The notes under the pieces are model-generated. The model ran no database searches and was not told the origin of the DNA. It saw nothing but the letters and a program-made list of their open reading frames with translations. Positions 10,213 through 19,283 of a stretch of 64,000 nt of DNA are shown piece by piece. How positions within the stretch are numbered: the first letter of the stretch is position 1; each line of letters begins with the position of its first letter. The DNA is from a virus. The stretch lies in IMG/VR virus record IMGVR_UViG_3300027969_000046; one strand, 5' to 3'. The translations under genes were made by a program, and so were the position numbers.

Positions 10213-11023
10213 ATTTCAAATATTTGGTGGTTCAGGTTTTGTTGGTTCTGAATTGGTTAAACAAATTGAAAACTGTATTGTAACTCCACGCCGTGATTAT
10301 ACAGTAGAAGGTTGTGATATCATTTATTTGATTTCAACTGTTAGTAACTACAATGTTAAAACAGACCCTCTTATTGACATTGACACCAATTTAACAACTC
10401 TTATGCAGGTGTTAAGACAATGTAAAGATAGAAATTTGACATTCAATTTTATTAGTTCATGGTTTGTTTATGGTGAAACTGAAATGCCTGCAACGGAAGA
10501 ATCAAATTGTTATCCAAATGGATTTTATTCAATCACTAAACGCTGTGCCGAGCAACTACTAATTTCTTATTGTGAAACCTTTGGCATCAAATATCGTATT
10601 CTCCGTCTTGCCAATGTGGCAGGTAGTGGTGATAAGAAAGCCTCACCACAAAAGAACGCACTTCAACATATGATTAATGAATTGAAGGCAGGCCGTGATG
10701 TGAATGTGTATGATGGTGGGAATCTATTCCGTGACTACATCCATGTTAACGATGTTGCTACGGCAATTAAGACCATCGTGGAAAAAGGCGAAGTTAATAC
10801 CATCTATAATGTGGGCAATGGCAAACCTATGTTGTTTAAAGATATGATTGAGTATGCCAAAGAGTTAATTGGCGGTGAAGGCAAATTAAATCCAATTGAA
10901 ATTCCGCAGTTCCATCGCACGGTACAAGTTCGTAGTATGTGGATGCTCAGCGACAAACTTAAATCGCTTGGGTACGAGCCAAAATACGATTTGAAGGCTA
11001 TCATTGAAGATATGGTTCGATGA
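10196..11023 (+). CDS. NAD-dependent sugar epimerase/4-ketoreductase
   Basis: GGSGFVG, SSWFVYG, YSITK, RDYIHV. Confidence 0.85.
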   Translation: MPSPSKFQIFGGSGFVGSELVKQIENCIVTPRRDYTVEGCDIIYLISTVSNYNVKTDPLIDIDTNLTTLMQVLRQCKDRNLTFNFISSWFVYGETEMPATEESNCYPNGFYSITKRCAEQLLISYCETFGIKYRILRLANVAGSGDKKASPQKNALQHMINELKAGRDVNVYDGGNLFRDYIHVNDVATAIKTIVEKGEVNTIYNVGNGKPMLFKDMIEYAKELIGGEGKLNPIEIPQFHRTVQVRSMWMLSDKLKSLGYEPKYDLKAIIEDMVR

Positions 11024-11667
11024 ATCTTAAAATCTATCAAGCATACTATGATTCGGTACAGTTACCTAACTTAGACCCCGTATTCATACCTTACGATAAT
11101 ACCGCAAACGATGCTCCTGAAATGCGTGAGTTGCCTATGTGGCGAAAACTCTTAGAGAAACATAAAGATTCTGATGCTCATTGGGGTTTATTATCTTGGA
11201 GATGGTTACATAAAACAGGATTGCCGCCATATCAGTTCAGAGATTGGATACAAGAAAATCCTGGCTACGATGTATATCATTTCGACCCATTCAAACATTT
11301 AGCTGATGAATATCCAAATTTATGGGTGCAAGGTGATAGATGGCATCCAGGCATGATTAACTTTGCGAACAGATTATTTCCAAAAATTGGTATTGATACA
11401 CCAGTTGAGCAATTTAAATATCTACCAGAAGATTTTGGAAGTTGTAATTATTTCATTGGTAATAGTAAATTTTGGAAAAATTACCTGTCTTTTCTTGACC
11501 TATGTCTAAGAACTTGTGAAGAAGATGTAGCTCTAAGCAACTACATATACAAAGAAGGTCAAACATATAATGGCCATTTTCTTCCATATTTTTCATTTGT
11601 AATAGAAAGATTGTTTTCTATTCATAACATATTGAACCGTGATATTACAGTTAAAAGATACCCATGA
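11020..11667 (+). CDS. Hypothetical, GT-like sugar-locus protein
   Basis: IYQAYY, GLLSWR, CNYFIG, FVIERLFS; ATGA coupling. Confidence 0.5.
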   Translation: MNLKIYQAYYDSVQLPNLDPVFIPYDNTANDAPEMRELPMWRKLLEKHKDSDAHWGLLSWRWLHKTGLPPYQFRDWIQENPGYDVYHFDPFKHLADEYPNLWVQGDRWHPGMINFANRLFPKIGIDTPVEQFKYLPEDFGSCNYFIGNSKFWKNYLSFLDLCLRTCEEDVALSNYIYKEGQTYNGHFLPYFSFVIERLFSIHNILNRDITVKRYP

Positions 11668-12443
11668 TTAATGAATTTGATTACGAAAAACTGAATAAAG
11701 AGTATAATGATGGCAAACCGTTTCGCCATGTGGTGATTGACAATTTCTTTGATGATGAAACAGCATTGAAATTATCTTCTGAATTTCCTGATTTTAATGA
11801 CCCAATCATTTGGTCTGTATATAAGAGTCCAATTGAGAACAAGAAATTGACTCCTAATTGGGATTTGTTTCCTAAAGAAACATACAAGGCCTTTTCGTTG
11901 ATGAATACACCAGAGTTTGTGGACAAAGTCCGTAAAATTACTGGTATTAATAATTTAGAAGCTGATTATGGACTACATGGTGGCGGTTGGCATATGACTG
12001 CTCGTGGTGGTAAATTGAATATGCATAAAGACTATTCAATTCATCCAAAACTAGGTAAAGAAAGACGAATCAATATCATCATCTACATGACACCAGAATG
12101 GCAAGAAGAATGGAATGGTGGTTTAGAATTCTGGTCACATAATGAAGAAAAGAATCTTCCAAAAGAGTGTGTAACCAAAGTATTCAATAAATTTAATAGT
12201 GCGGTTCTATTTGATACCGCAGACAATTCATGGCATGGTCTGCCAACAGAACTCCAATGTCCTGATGGCGTCTATCGCAAGTCATTGAATATCTACTATG
12301 TTTCAGAAGCTCGTCAAGAAGCAGAGAAACACGATAGAGCCATGTTTGCCCCCTATGGAGAACAAGCAAACAATCCCGATATACTTGAACTTATTAAGAA
12401 AAGGTCTAGTTCCAAGACATCTGCTGATACATATAGAACCTAA
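11664..12443 (+). CDS. 2OG-Fe(II) oxygenase
   Basis: PFRHVVIDNFF, HKD, WNGGLE, SWHG, RKS. Confidence 0.85.
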   Translation: MINEFDYEKLNKEYNDGKPFRHVVIDNFFDDETALKLSSEFPDFNDPIIWSVYKSPIENKKLTPNWDLFPKETYKAFSLMNTPEFVDKVRKITGINNLEADYGLHGGGWHMTARGGKLNMHKDYSIHPKLGKERRINIIIYMTPEWQEEWNGGLEFWSHNEEKNLPKECVTKVFNKFNSAVLFDTADNSWHGLPTELQCPDGVYRKSLNIYYVSEARQEAEKHDRAMFAPYGEQANNPDILELIKKRSSSKTSADTYRT

Positions 12444-12448
12444 ATTTA

Positions 12449-12456
12449 TATAAATA
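12449..12456 (+). promoter_or_regulatory. T4-type late promoter TATAAATA
   Basis: Exact gp55 consensus in intergenic gap before 12496. Confidence 0.8.
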
Positions 12457-12495
12457 GACTGTAAGTTTAATAATTATAACGCTGTAGAGGCGGAG

Positions 12496-14775
12496 ATGAA
12501 ATTTAGAGATTTTATACTAGAAGCAACAGAGAAGCACGCCGTCATGGCCTTTGGAAGGATGAACCCTCCAACGACTGGTCATGCCAAATTGGTCGATAAG
12601 GTCAAAGAGGTTGCTGCTGAACACAAAGCTTCACATCATGTGGTATTATCTCATTCTCAGGATGCTAAAAAGAATCCTCTCTCCGCTAAAGACAAACTGA
12701 AACACGCAAAGCGTTTCTTCCCAAACACCAATCTGTCCACTTCAGATTCGGAACATCCAACTTTCCTACATCATGCTGCTAAATTACACAAACAAGGTGT
12801 AACGCATTTGCACATGGTTGCTGGTTCTGACCGCACAGACGAATATAAGAAAAAGTTGGCTCAGTATAATGGAAAACACGAAGGTGCATTATTCAATTTT
12901 AAAAAGATTACTGTTCATTCTTCTGGTGAAAGAGATCCTGATGCTGAAGGCACAGAAGGAATGTCAGCCTCCAAAATGAGAGGTCATGCTTCAACAAGTA
13001 ACTTTAAAGAATTTAAGAAAGGTATTCCTGGCCATGTACCTGAACACCATGCAAAAGAATTAATGCACGATGTTCGTAAAGGTATGGGACTTAAAGAAAG
13101 TGTAGATGAACTCTTTGAAGAATTGTTAACTGAAGGTGTGCATGACAAAGGCATTTTTAAGGCAGTATTCTTAGCAGGTGGTCCTGGTTCTGGTAAAGAT
13201 TATGTTTTAGATAACACACTTGCTGGCCACGGCATGACCGAGATTAACTCTGATAAAGCATTAGAGTTTTTGATGGACAAAAAAGGCCTTAATAAGACCA
13301 TGCCTGCTTCTGAAAAAGTTGCAAGAGATGTTGAGCGTGGTAAGGCCAAGAACATGACCGAGTTACGCCAAAGATTGGCACTACATGGTCGTAATGGTGT
13401 TATCATCAACGGTACTGGTGATGATGCTGAAAAGATTAAAAAAATTAAAAGTCGTTTAGAAGAACTTGGTTACGATACTGCCATGATTATGGTTAATACT
13501 CGTGATGAAGTATCTGCTTCACGAAATGTTGAAAGAGGTCAAAGAGGTGGTAGAAGTGTACCTGAAACCATCCGTAAACAGAAATGGCAATCGGTACAAG
13601 ATTCAAGAGCAGACTTAGCAAAACTATTTGGTGACAAGTATGTTGAGTTTGATAACTCTGAAGATTTAAGAAGTGCCAAACCAGAAATTGTGCAAGCTAA
13701 GAAAGAAGAAATGTTGAATATCTATAAAGGTGTTCAGAAGTTTATTAAAACTCCACCTAAAGCACCACAAGCAAAAGAATGGATTGGCCAAGAATTAGAA
13801 AAGAGTGATAAATTGCCTGTCAACACCAAAGTTGATTCTATGCCACATCCTAATAGTGGTGCAGCTGATGAAGCTCGTAAGATGGGATTACAATATTATG
13901 GTTTTGGTCGTTATGGTAAAGATGGTAAAGTTACATTCCGTTCTGTCCATGATAAATTACAACAAGTTAAACCTGATGAACCAAAGGTAACTCCATTGCA
14001 AACAAAACCAGTTGCTAAGAAAGTCAACGAAGAATTTGAAAACGAATTTGCTAATCCTTTGTTAGAATCAGCACTTGATAAGTTCCGTGCTGCTGCAGCT
14101 GAGAGAGAAAAGAAACACAATGAGATTGAGGCTAAACGCAAAGAAGCTGAAAAACAAGGTAAAGAAAATATGTCTGGCTCTATTGACCGTTTAGAGAAAC
14201 ATTTAAATAAAGAATCACATGAAATAAATCATAAGAGTTTATTGAAGGATACACACGGCAAAGTAAGAACATTTATGCTTCGCCGTTCTGCTGCTAAAGA
14301 AGCCCACATAAATGGTGGTGTAGTCTATAAGCAAGGCAAGGGGTATGTAATTAAAATCAAGGAGAATGAAGATGTTAAAGTTAATCAAAAGTTTTTTCAA
14401 GAAAGCGGAAGAACCAACACCAGTAGTAGCACCGGAACCAGTAGTATCTCCGAAGCCGACTACCAATACCAAACCGGTAGTGACCTCGAAAACAGTCCCG
14501 TCAAAACCAAAATCACCCTCAACCAAATCCGCACCAAGAAAGAAAGTAAAGTAAAAGAGTCGATTGATAAGGGTATTGAACCTGGTATGTCTATGGCAGC
14601 TGGCGGAGAATCCATTGGTCGTGATATGGGCGAGAAGATTAAGAAGCGGAAGATTTCTGTTACTGAAATGCAAGGTGACGAAACTACCGCTTCTATCGGT
14701 GACCAAAAAGAAGATGAATTAAAGAAGAAAGGCATAGACCTTTTATCGTTCAGAAAAAGAAATTACGCACTATGA
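12496..14775 (+). CDS. Multidomain protein: HxGH nucleotidyltransferase (cytidylyltransferase-like) + zeta-toxin-like P-loop kinase + small modules
   Basis: MKFRDFILE; FGRMNPPTTGH, KNPL, VAGSDR, MSASKMR; LAGGPGSGK, INSD, RGGRSVP. Confidence 0.8.
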   Translation: MKFRDFILEATEKHAVMAFGRMNPPTTGHAKLVDKVKEVAAEHKASHHVVLSHSQDAKKNPLSAKDKLKHAKRFFPNTNLSTSDSEHPTFLHHAAKLHKQGVTHLHMVAGSDRTDEYKKKLAQYNGKHEGALFNFKKITVHSSGERDPDAEGTEGMSASKMRGHASTSNFKEFKKGIPGHVPEHHAKELMHDVRKGMGLKESVDELFEELLTEGVHDKGIFKAVFLAGGPGSGKDYVLDNTLAGHGMTEINSDKALEFLMDKKGLNKTMPASEKVARDVERGKAKNMTELRQRLALHGRNGVIINGTGDDAEKIKKIKSRLEELGYDTAMIMVNTRDEVSASRNVERGQRGGRSVPETIRKQKWQSVQDSRADLAKLFGDKYVEFDNSEDLRSAKPEIVQAKKEEMLNIYKGVQKFIKTPPKAPQAKEWIGQELEKSDKLPVNTKVDSMPHPNSGAADEARKMGLQYYGFGRYGKDGKVTFRSVHDKLQQVKPDEPKVTPLQTKPVAKKVNEEFENEFANPLLESALDKFRAAAAEREKKHNEIEAKRKEAEKQGKENMSGSIDRLEKHLNKESHEINHKSLLKDTHGKVRTFMLRRSAAKEAHINGGVVYKQGKGYVIKIKENEDVKVNQKFFQESGRTNTSSSTGTSSISEADYQYQTGSDLENSPVKTKITLNQIRTKKESKVKESIDKGIEPGMSMAAGGESIGRDMGEKIKKRKISVTEMQGDETTASIGDQKEDELKKKGIDLLSFRKRNYAL
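14372..14554 (+). CDS. Candidate overprinted small Pro/Lys-rich protein inside 12496-14775
   Basis: AAGGAG 14359-14364 is 7 nt before ATG 14372; MLKLIKSFFKKAEEPTPVVAPEP. Confidence 0.4.
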   Translation: MLKLIKSFFKKAEEPTPVVAPEPVVSPKPTTNTKPVVTSKTVPSKPKSPSTKSAPRKKVK

Positions 14776-15074
14776 AAAGACTAAAAGAATTCATGGCAGA
14801 GTCCCCAGCATGGACTCGCAAAGAAGGCAAAAGCGAAGCCGGTGGTTTAAACCGTAAAGGTATTGAATCATATCGCAGAGAGAATCCAGGTTCTAAACTT
14901 TCAATGGCAGTTACAACTAAACCATCTAAGTTGAAGCCAGGTTCTAAATCTGCAAATCGTAGAAAATCATTTTGTTCCAGAATGTCCGGAATGAAAGCAA
15001 AACTTACATCTGCTAAAACCGCAAGGGATCCAGATAGCAGAATTAATAAAGCACTAAGAAAATGGAATTGTTAA
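14772..15074 (+). CDS. Basic conserved phage protein (DUF6321-like) with capsid-targeting-like N-terminus
   Basis: MKRLKEFMAE; RRKSFCSRMSG; ALRKWNC. Confidence 0.75.
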   Translation: MKRLKEFMAESPAWTRKEGKSEAGGLNRKGIESYRRENPGSKLSMAVTTKPSKLKPGSKSANRRKSFCSRMSGMKAKLTSAKTARDPDSRINKALRKWNC

Positions 15075-15092
15075 TTCAAAAGGAAACTAACC

Positions 15093-16745
15093 ATGGAATT
15101 TGAAAATAAAAAACTAAGAGATGTAGCTGATATTGCTGCTCGCATCATGATGGGCGAAAAAGCCTTGCATCCAAATCAACAGAAATTGGATGTGCATGAG
15201 CCAGAGAAAGATGAGCTGACTGCAAAAGACTTTGAAATGCTTCGTAACAAGAAAAAAGTAAAAGAAAATTTAGAAGATTTTTCATTGGAAGAAATTGAAG
15301 AATTTATGGTATCAGAAGAATTTGAGCAACTTGATGAATTGTCAAAAACAACACTTGGTTCTTATGTGAATAAAGCAAGTGATAGTGCTGCAAAGAATGC
15401 TGCTGGTTCAGTTGGTATGGCAAACACAAGCTTAAGAGCAAAAAATCCTCGTGTAAAAGCTGCAGCAGAAAAATACTCAAATGAAGATGAAGCAACAAAA
15501 CAAAAGCGTCTTTCTGGTATTGGTAAAGCTGTTAAAAAATTAACAAAAGAAGAAGTTGAAGAATTGGATGAAGTATCATTAAAAACTGCAACTTCTGCTT
15601 ATGTAAAAAGAATGGGTGATGATGGTCCAAATGAAAAATCTAGTATTGCTAAAGCAACAAAAACCATGGATCACATTGCAAATAAGCATGGAGTAAGAGG
15701 TGTTGCTAGAGCAACCAAAACTGCTGATGACAAGTATGGACTCAATGATCCTGTTCACAATCCAAGAAAAGCGTTTGTTAAACAAATTATGCAATCGGTT
15801 AAAAAAGAAGATGTTGATGCTGCAGCTGCAACCATTTTAGAGTATGAATCTAAAGATGGTAAGTTTGTTCATCGTGCAAGACCTGGCGCATACGGCGGCA
15901 CTAAAGATGAAAGACACGCAGTTGATACAATGTCTGGTCCAAAAGAAAAAGATTTGAAAAATATTGAAAAAGATTCTTCAATGTATAAAAAAGGATATCA
16001 CGGTACTTCAAAAAATTATTTGAGAAAAGACACACAAGATTATTTTGCAAAAAGATTTTCTGAAGATTTAGACCTTTACAAAGAAGGCGGTATCAAAGGT
16101 TTGTTTGAAGCGTGGGCTAAAAAGAAAAAAATGGCAGAAGATGTTGAAGTTCTTGATGAAGGCATTGAAGTTAAAAAAGAATATAATGATAAAACTGAAG
16201 CTGAACATGGTGTTTACCATAACAACAAAAAAATTGGTTATGTAGTCCATCACAAACCATCTGGAACACATACTGCATATCATAGTCCTCAAGGTGATGA
16301 TGATTATGGTCAGATTGATGACTTTCATAGTCACCACGATGCTGTTAAACAAATTAGGCACTCTGCTGGCGTAGGTGTTCACGAAGAAGTTGAACATATT
16401 TCTGAAGAACCAACTAGTGCTGAATTTGATGCTCAATTAGCTGATGCTAAACAACGTGCTGCTGGTACAAAGAAACAGCCTGAAGTATCTAAGCCTGCCG
16501 TTCAAGCAGTTCAGAATGAAGAAACACATACAACTGTTGAGTTCATTGATTACAATGATGTTAATGGTGTTAAAATTTCTGAGATTGATTTGGATGAGCG
16601 CTCATTATCAGAACCAGAAATGAAGAAGAAAGAAGAAATTGTTAAATCAATGAAGAAAGGTATTTCTGGTTTCAAAGAGCGTTATGGTAAAGATGCTAAG
16701 TCTGTAATGTATGCAACTGCTACTGCTCGAGCCAAAGGCGAATAG
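15093..16745 (+). CDS. Modular probable internal head protein with repeated acidic linkers
   Basis: SD AAGGA; EEFEQLDE, EEVEELDE, EDVEVLDE, EEVEHISEE; C-terminal VMYATAT module. Confidence 0.7.
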   Translation: MEFENKKLRDVADIAARIMMGEKALHPNQQKLDVHEPEKDELTAKDFEMLRNKKKVKENLEDFSLEEIEEFMVSEEFEQLDELSKTTLGSYVNKASDSAAKNAAGSVGMANTSLRAKNPRVKAAAEKYSNEDEATKQKRLSGIGKAVKKLTKEEVEELDEVSLKTATSAYVKRMGDDGPNEKSSIAKATKTMDHIANKHGVRGVARATKTADDKYGLNDPVHNPRKAFVKQIMQSVKKEDVDAAAATILEYESKDGKFVHRARPGAYGGTKDERHAVDTMSGPKEKDLKNIEKDSSMYKKGYHGTSKNYLRKDTQDYFAKRFSEDLDLYKEGGIKGLFEAWAKKKKMAEDVEVLDEGIEVKKEYNDKTEAEHGVYHNNKKIGYVVHHKPSGTHTAYHSPQGDDDYGQIDDFHSHHDAVKQIRHSAGVGVHEEVEHISEEPTSAEFDAQLADAKQRAAGTKKQPEVSKPAVQAVQNEETHTTVEFIDYNDVNGVKISEIDLDERSLSEPEMKKKEEIVKSMKKGISGFKERYGKDAKSVMYATATARAKGE

Positions 16746-18658
16746 TGAAAAAGTTTTCTGATTTCTTAGAAGGTAGATGCTGGCCTGGTTATAAACCAAA
16801 ACCAGGCAAAAAAGCATACTCGCCTGGTTCTTGCGTAAAAGAATCAGCTGCGGCAGCAATTGCGGCTGCAACTGCTATTGCAAAAAAGAAATCAGGAAAC
16901 TATGATAAAGAAGGTTTTAGAAAAACTCCTTATAAGAATCCAGACCATCCAAATCGCAAATCTAATACTGAAAGAGAAGCAGAACTTAAAGAAGATTTGC
17001 GTAAATGGTTCAGTAAAACTGCACCAGAAGGTGGTTGGAAAAGAATCAATAGCAAAGGCGAAGCAATTGGTCCTTGTGCTAGAGAGCCAGGAGAACCTAA
17101 ACCTAAATGTATGTCTAATGAGAAAAGAGCTAAACTTTCTAAAAAAGAAAGAGCATCAGCTGTTGCCTCTAAACGCAAACACGACCCAAATCCTGAAAGA
17201 CAAGGAAAACCTATTAATGTTTCCAATTTTGGAAAAGGAAAAATAAGTGAAGATATGGAAAAATTAGACGAAAAAAATGTACCAACAAGTCCTGAAAAAT
17301 GGGCTCAAGCAAAGGCACAAGCCAAAGCCAAATTTGATGTTTATCCTTCTGCATACGCCAATGGTTGGGCATCAAAGAAATACAAAGAAATGGGTGGTGG
17401 TTGGAAGTCTGTTTCAGAAGATACTGAAATGACCGAAGGTGCCGTTCCTGCTCAAGAAAAAATTATTACAGTTAAACATAAGACTTCTGGTAAAACTTTG
17501 CGTATCTCTGCAAATGCTGCGGCTAAGTATCGTATGCAAGGTTATCACTATCATCCAGTTAATGAAGCAAAAGATGAACAAGAATATGGCTATGAAGGTG
17601 ATATGGCTTTGAATCAATTAGCAACATTAACTCGTTGTGCTGAAATGATTAAAGATATGTTGAAACCAGATACAGATATGCCTGAGTGGGTTCAGTCCAA
17701 GATTACTCTTGCTACTGATTATATCCAAACTGCGGCCGACTATATGTATTCAGAAATGAAAGAAGTCAAAGAAGATGTTTCCAAAATGCCTACTGATAAG
17801 TTGCAGAAACATTGGGACAGTCATAAAGACGAACAAAGACCTTCACCTGCATTTGCTTCTAAGTTAAAAATGGTTGCAAAAGAACTTACTAAACGCAAAG
17901 CAATGAAGAAAGAAGATGTTGAACAAGTTGATGAGATTTCACAAGATTTAGCTGGTAGATACCTTGAAAAAGTTACACATGACCAACTAAAGAAAAGTGG
18001 AATGCACCACAACCTATACGGTCAATTGCCACCTAAGCGTCAAGCAGGTGTTGGTCGTGCTTTAGATAGATTGGTTGTTAATAAAGAATCTGTTGATAGT
18101 GATGGTGGTCCCCCAACTGAAGCAGCTGCAACATTGACTGTAACTGGACAACCAAAATTAAACAAAACTATTGGGCAAACTAAATTGATTCCTTATGTGC
18201 AAGAAGATGCAGAAGCAGACAAGAAGTCTGGTTCATGGAAAGTAGAAACACCATGGAGAAAAGTCAAAGGTACAGGTACAGTAACAGATAAGTCTGGTGC
18301 TAAACACACACCTATGTCCCGTGCTCGTGATTTGGCTCGCAAAGCTATGGCAAAGAAAATGGAAGAACAATCAAATGTAAAACCAAATCCATTTACAGTT
18401 CCAGAAATACCAATTGGTAAAGCAGATAAACCTAAATCAGATTATGTGAAGGCTCGTGACGCTGGTTCGTCTACCAAAAACGCTCAAGCAAGAGCTGCTG
18501 GTGCTTCTAATGCACATATGTTTGAATCACGCCAATTAGAGATTGTTCGTGAGGCAATGAAAGTTGCTAAAAAGAAAAAAGAAGTAACTGAAGCTGGTAG
18601 TGATAAATTTATCGCTGATCCAGAATTAACAAGTCAGATTACCAAGAGTAATCCTTAA
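16745..18658 (+). CDS. Modular probable internal head protein
   Basis: GTG start, MKKFSDFLE; CWPGY, EDLRKWF, YPSAYANGW, PEWVQSKI modules separated by acidic linkers. Confidence 0.7.
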   Translation: MKKFSDFLEGRCWPGYKPKPGKKAYSPGSCVKESAAAAIAAATAIAKKKSGNYDKEGFRKTPYKNPDHPNRKSNTEREAELKEDLRKWFSKTAPEGGWKRINSKGEAIGPCAREPGEPKPKCMSNEKRAKLSKKERASAVASKRKHDPNPERQGKPINVSNFGKGKISEDMEKLDEKNVPTSPEKWAQAKAQAKAKFDVYPSAYANGWASKKYKEMGGGWKSVSEDTEMTEGAVPAQEKIITVKHKTSGKTLRISANAAAKYRMQGYHYHPVNEAKDEQEYGYEGDMALNQLATLTRCAEMIKDMLKPDTDMPEWVQSKITLATDYIQTAADYMYSEMKEVKEDVSKMPTDKLQKHWDSHKDEQRPSPAFASKLKMVAKELTKRKAMKKEDVEQVDEISQDLAGRYLEKVTHDQLKKSGMHHNLYGQLPPKRQAGVGRALDRLVVNKESVDSDGGPPTEAAATLTVTGQPKLNKTIGQTKLIPYVQEDAEADKKSGSWKVETPWRKVKGTGTVTDKSGAKHTPMSRARDLARKAMAKKMEEQSNVKPNPFTVPEIPIGKADKPKSDYVKARDAGSSTKNAQARAAGASNAHMFESRQLEIVREAMKVAKKKKEVTEAGSDKFIADPELTSQITKSNP

Positions 18659-18666
18659 CATAAATA
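18659..18666 (+). promoter_or_regulatory. Late promoter CATAAATA
   Basis: Intergenic, upstream of AGGAG-ATG 18698. Confidence 0.65.
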
Positions 18667-18697
18667 ACAAACAGACCGATTTTTTAGGAGAATAAAA

Positions 18698-19282
18698 ATG
18701 TCTTTATGGGGAAACCTAGACGCTGCCAACAATGCACCTGTATCAAGTGCAATGGCTGGTTATGGCGGAACAACACCACAAGTAACAGCAAACGCAGAAG
18801 TATATTACGCTAATACAAAACTTGGTTCGTTTAGCGACAACCAAGCAATTGGTATTTTTGGCGTATCTGCTGCTGAACAAGCTAATTCATCAACAGTAGA
18901 ATCAACCGGACATCCATCACACGCTGGTTGGGTAACCCGCCGTGTTGGTATGGGACCTGTTGTTTCAATTACTGCTAATGCAGGCGCAGTTGGTGTAAAC
19001 AGCACAATTACTATTGTTGCGAATAGTGGATTTGGTAACACCGGTTCAAACGGCCGTTCTACCATTATTCCAGTTGTTGCAACAATCACAACAAATACTG
19101 CTGGTTACATTAATACAATTACAATTGTAAATCCAGGAATGTATGCTAACACACCAATATTGCGTCCAAATACAGGTAATGCTGTGTTCACCGTAACGAT
19201 GGGTGGTCGTGCAAACCGTGTTTTAACAGAAACTTTAGTTGCCATGGGTTCAATGACTGGCGACAACGAAAACGTATTCTAA
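18698..19282 (+). CDS. Probable virion structural protein
   Basis: MSLWG...HAGWV...ETLVAM, Gly/Thr/Asn-rich; late promoter and strong SD. Confidence 0.6.
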   Translation: MSLWGNLDAANNAPVSSAMAGYGGTTPQVTANAEVYYANTKLGSFSDNQAIGIFGVSAAEQANSSTVESTGHPSHAGWVTRRVGMGPVVSITANAGAVGVNSTITIVANSGFGNTGSNGRSTIIPVVATITTNTAGYINTITIVNPGMYANTPILRPNTGNAVFTVTMGGRANRVLTETLVAMGSMTGDNENVF

Positions 19283-19283
19283 T

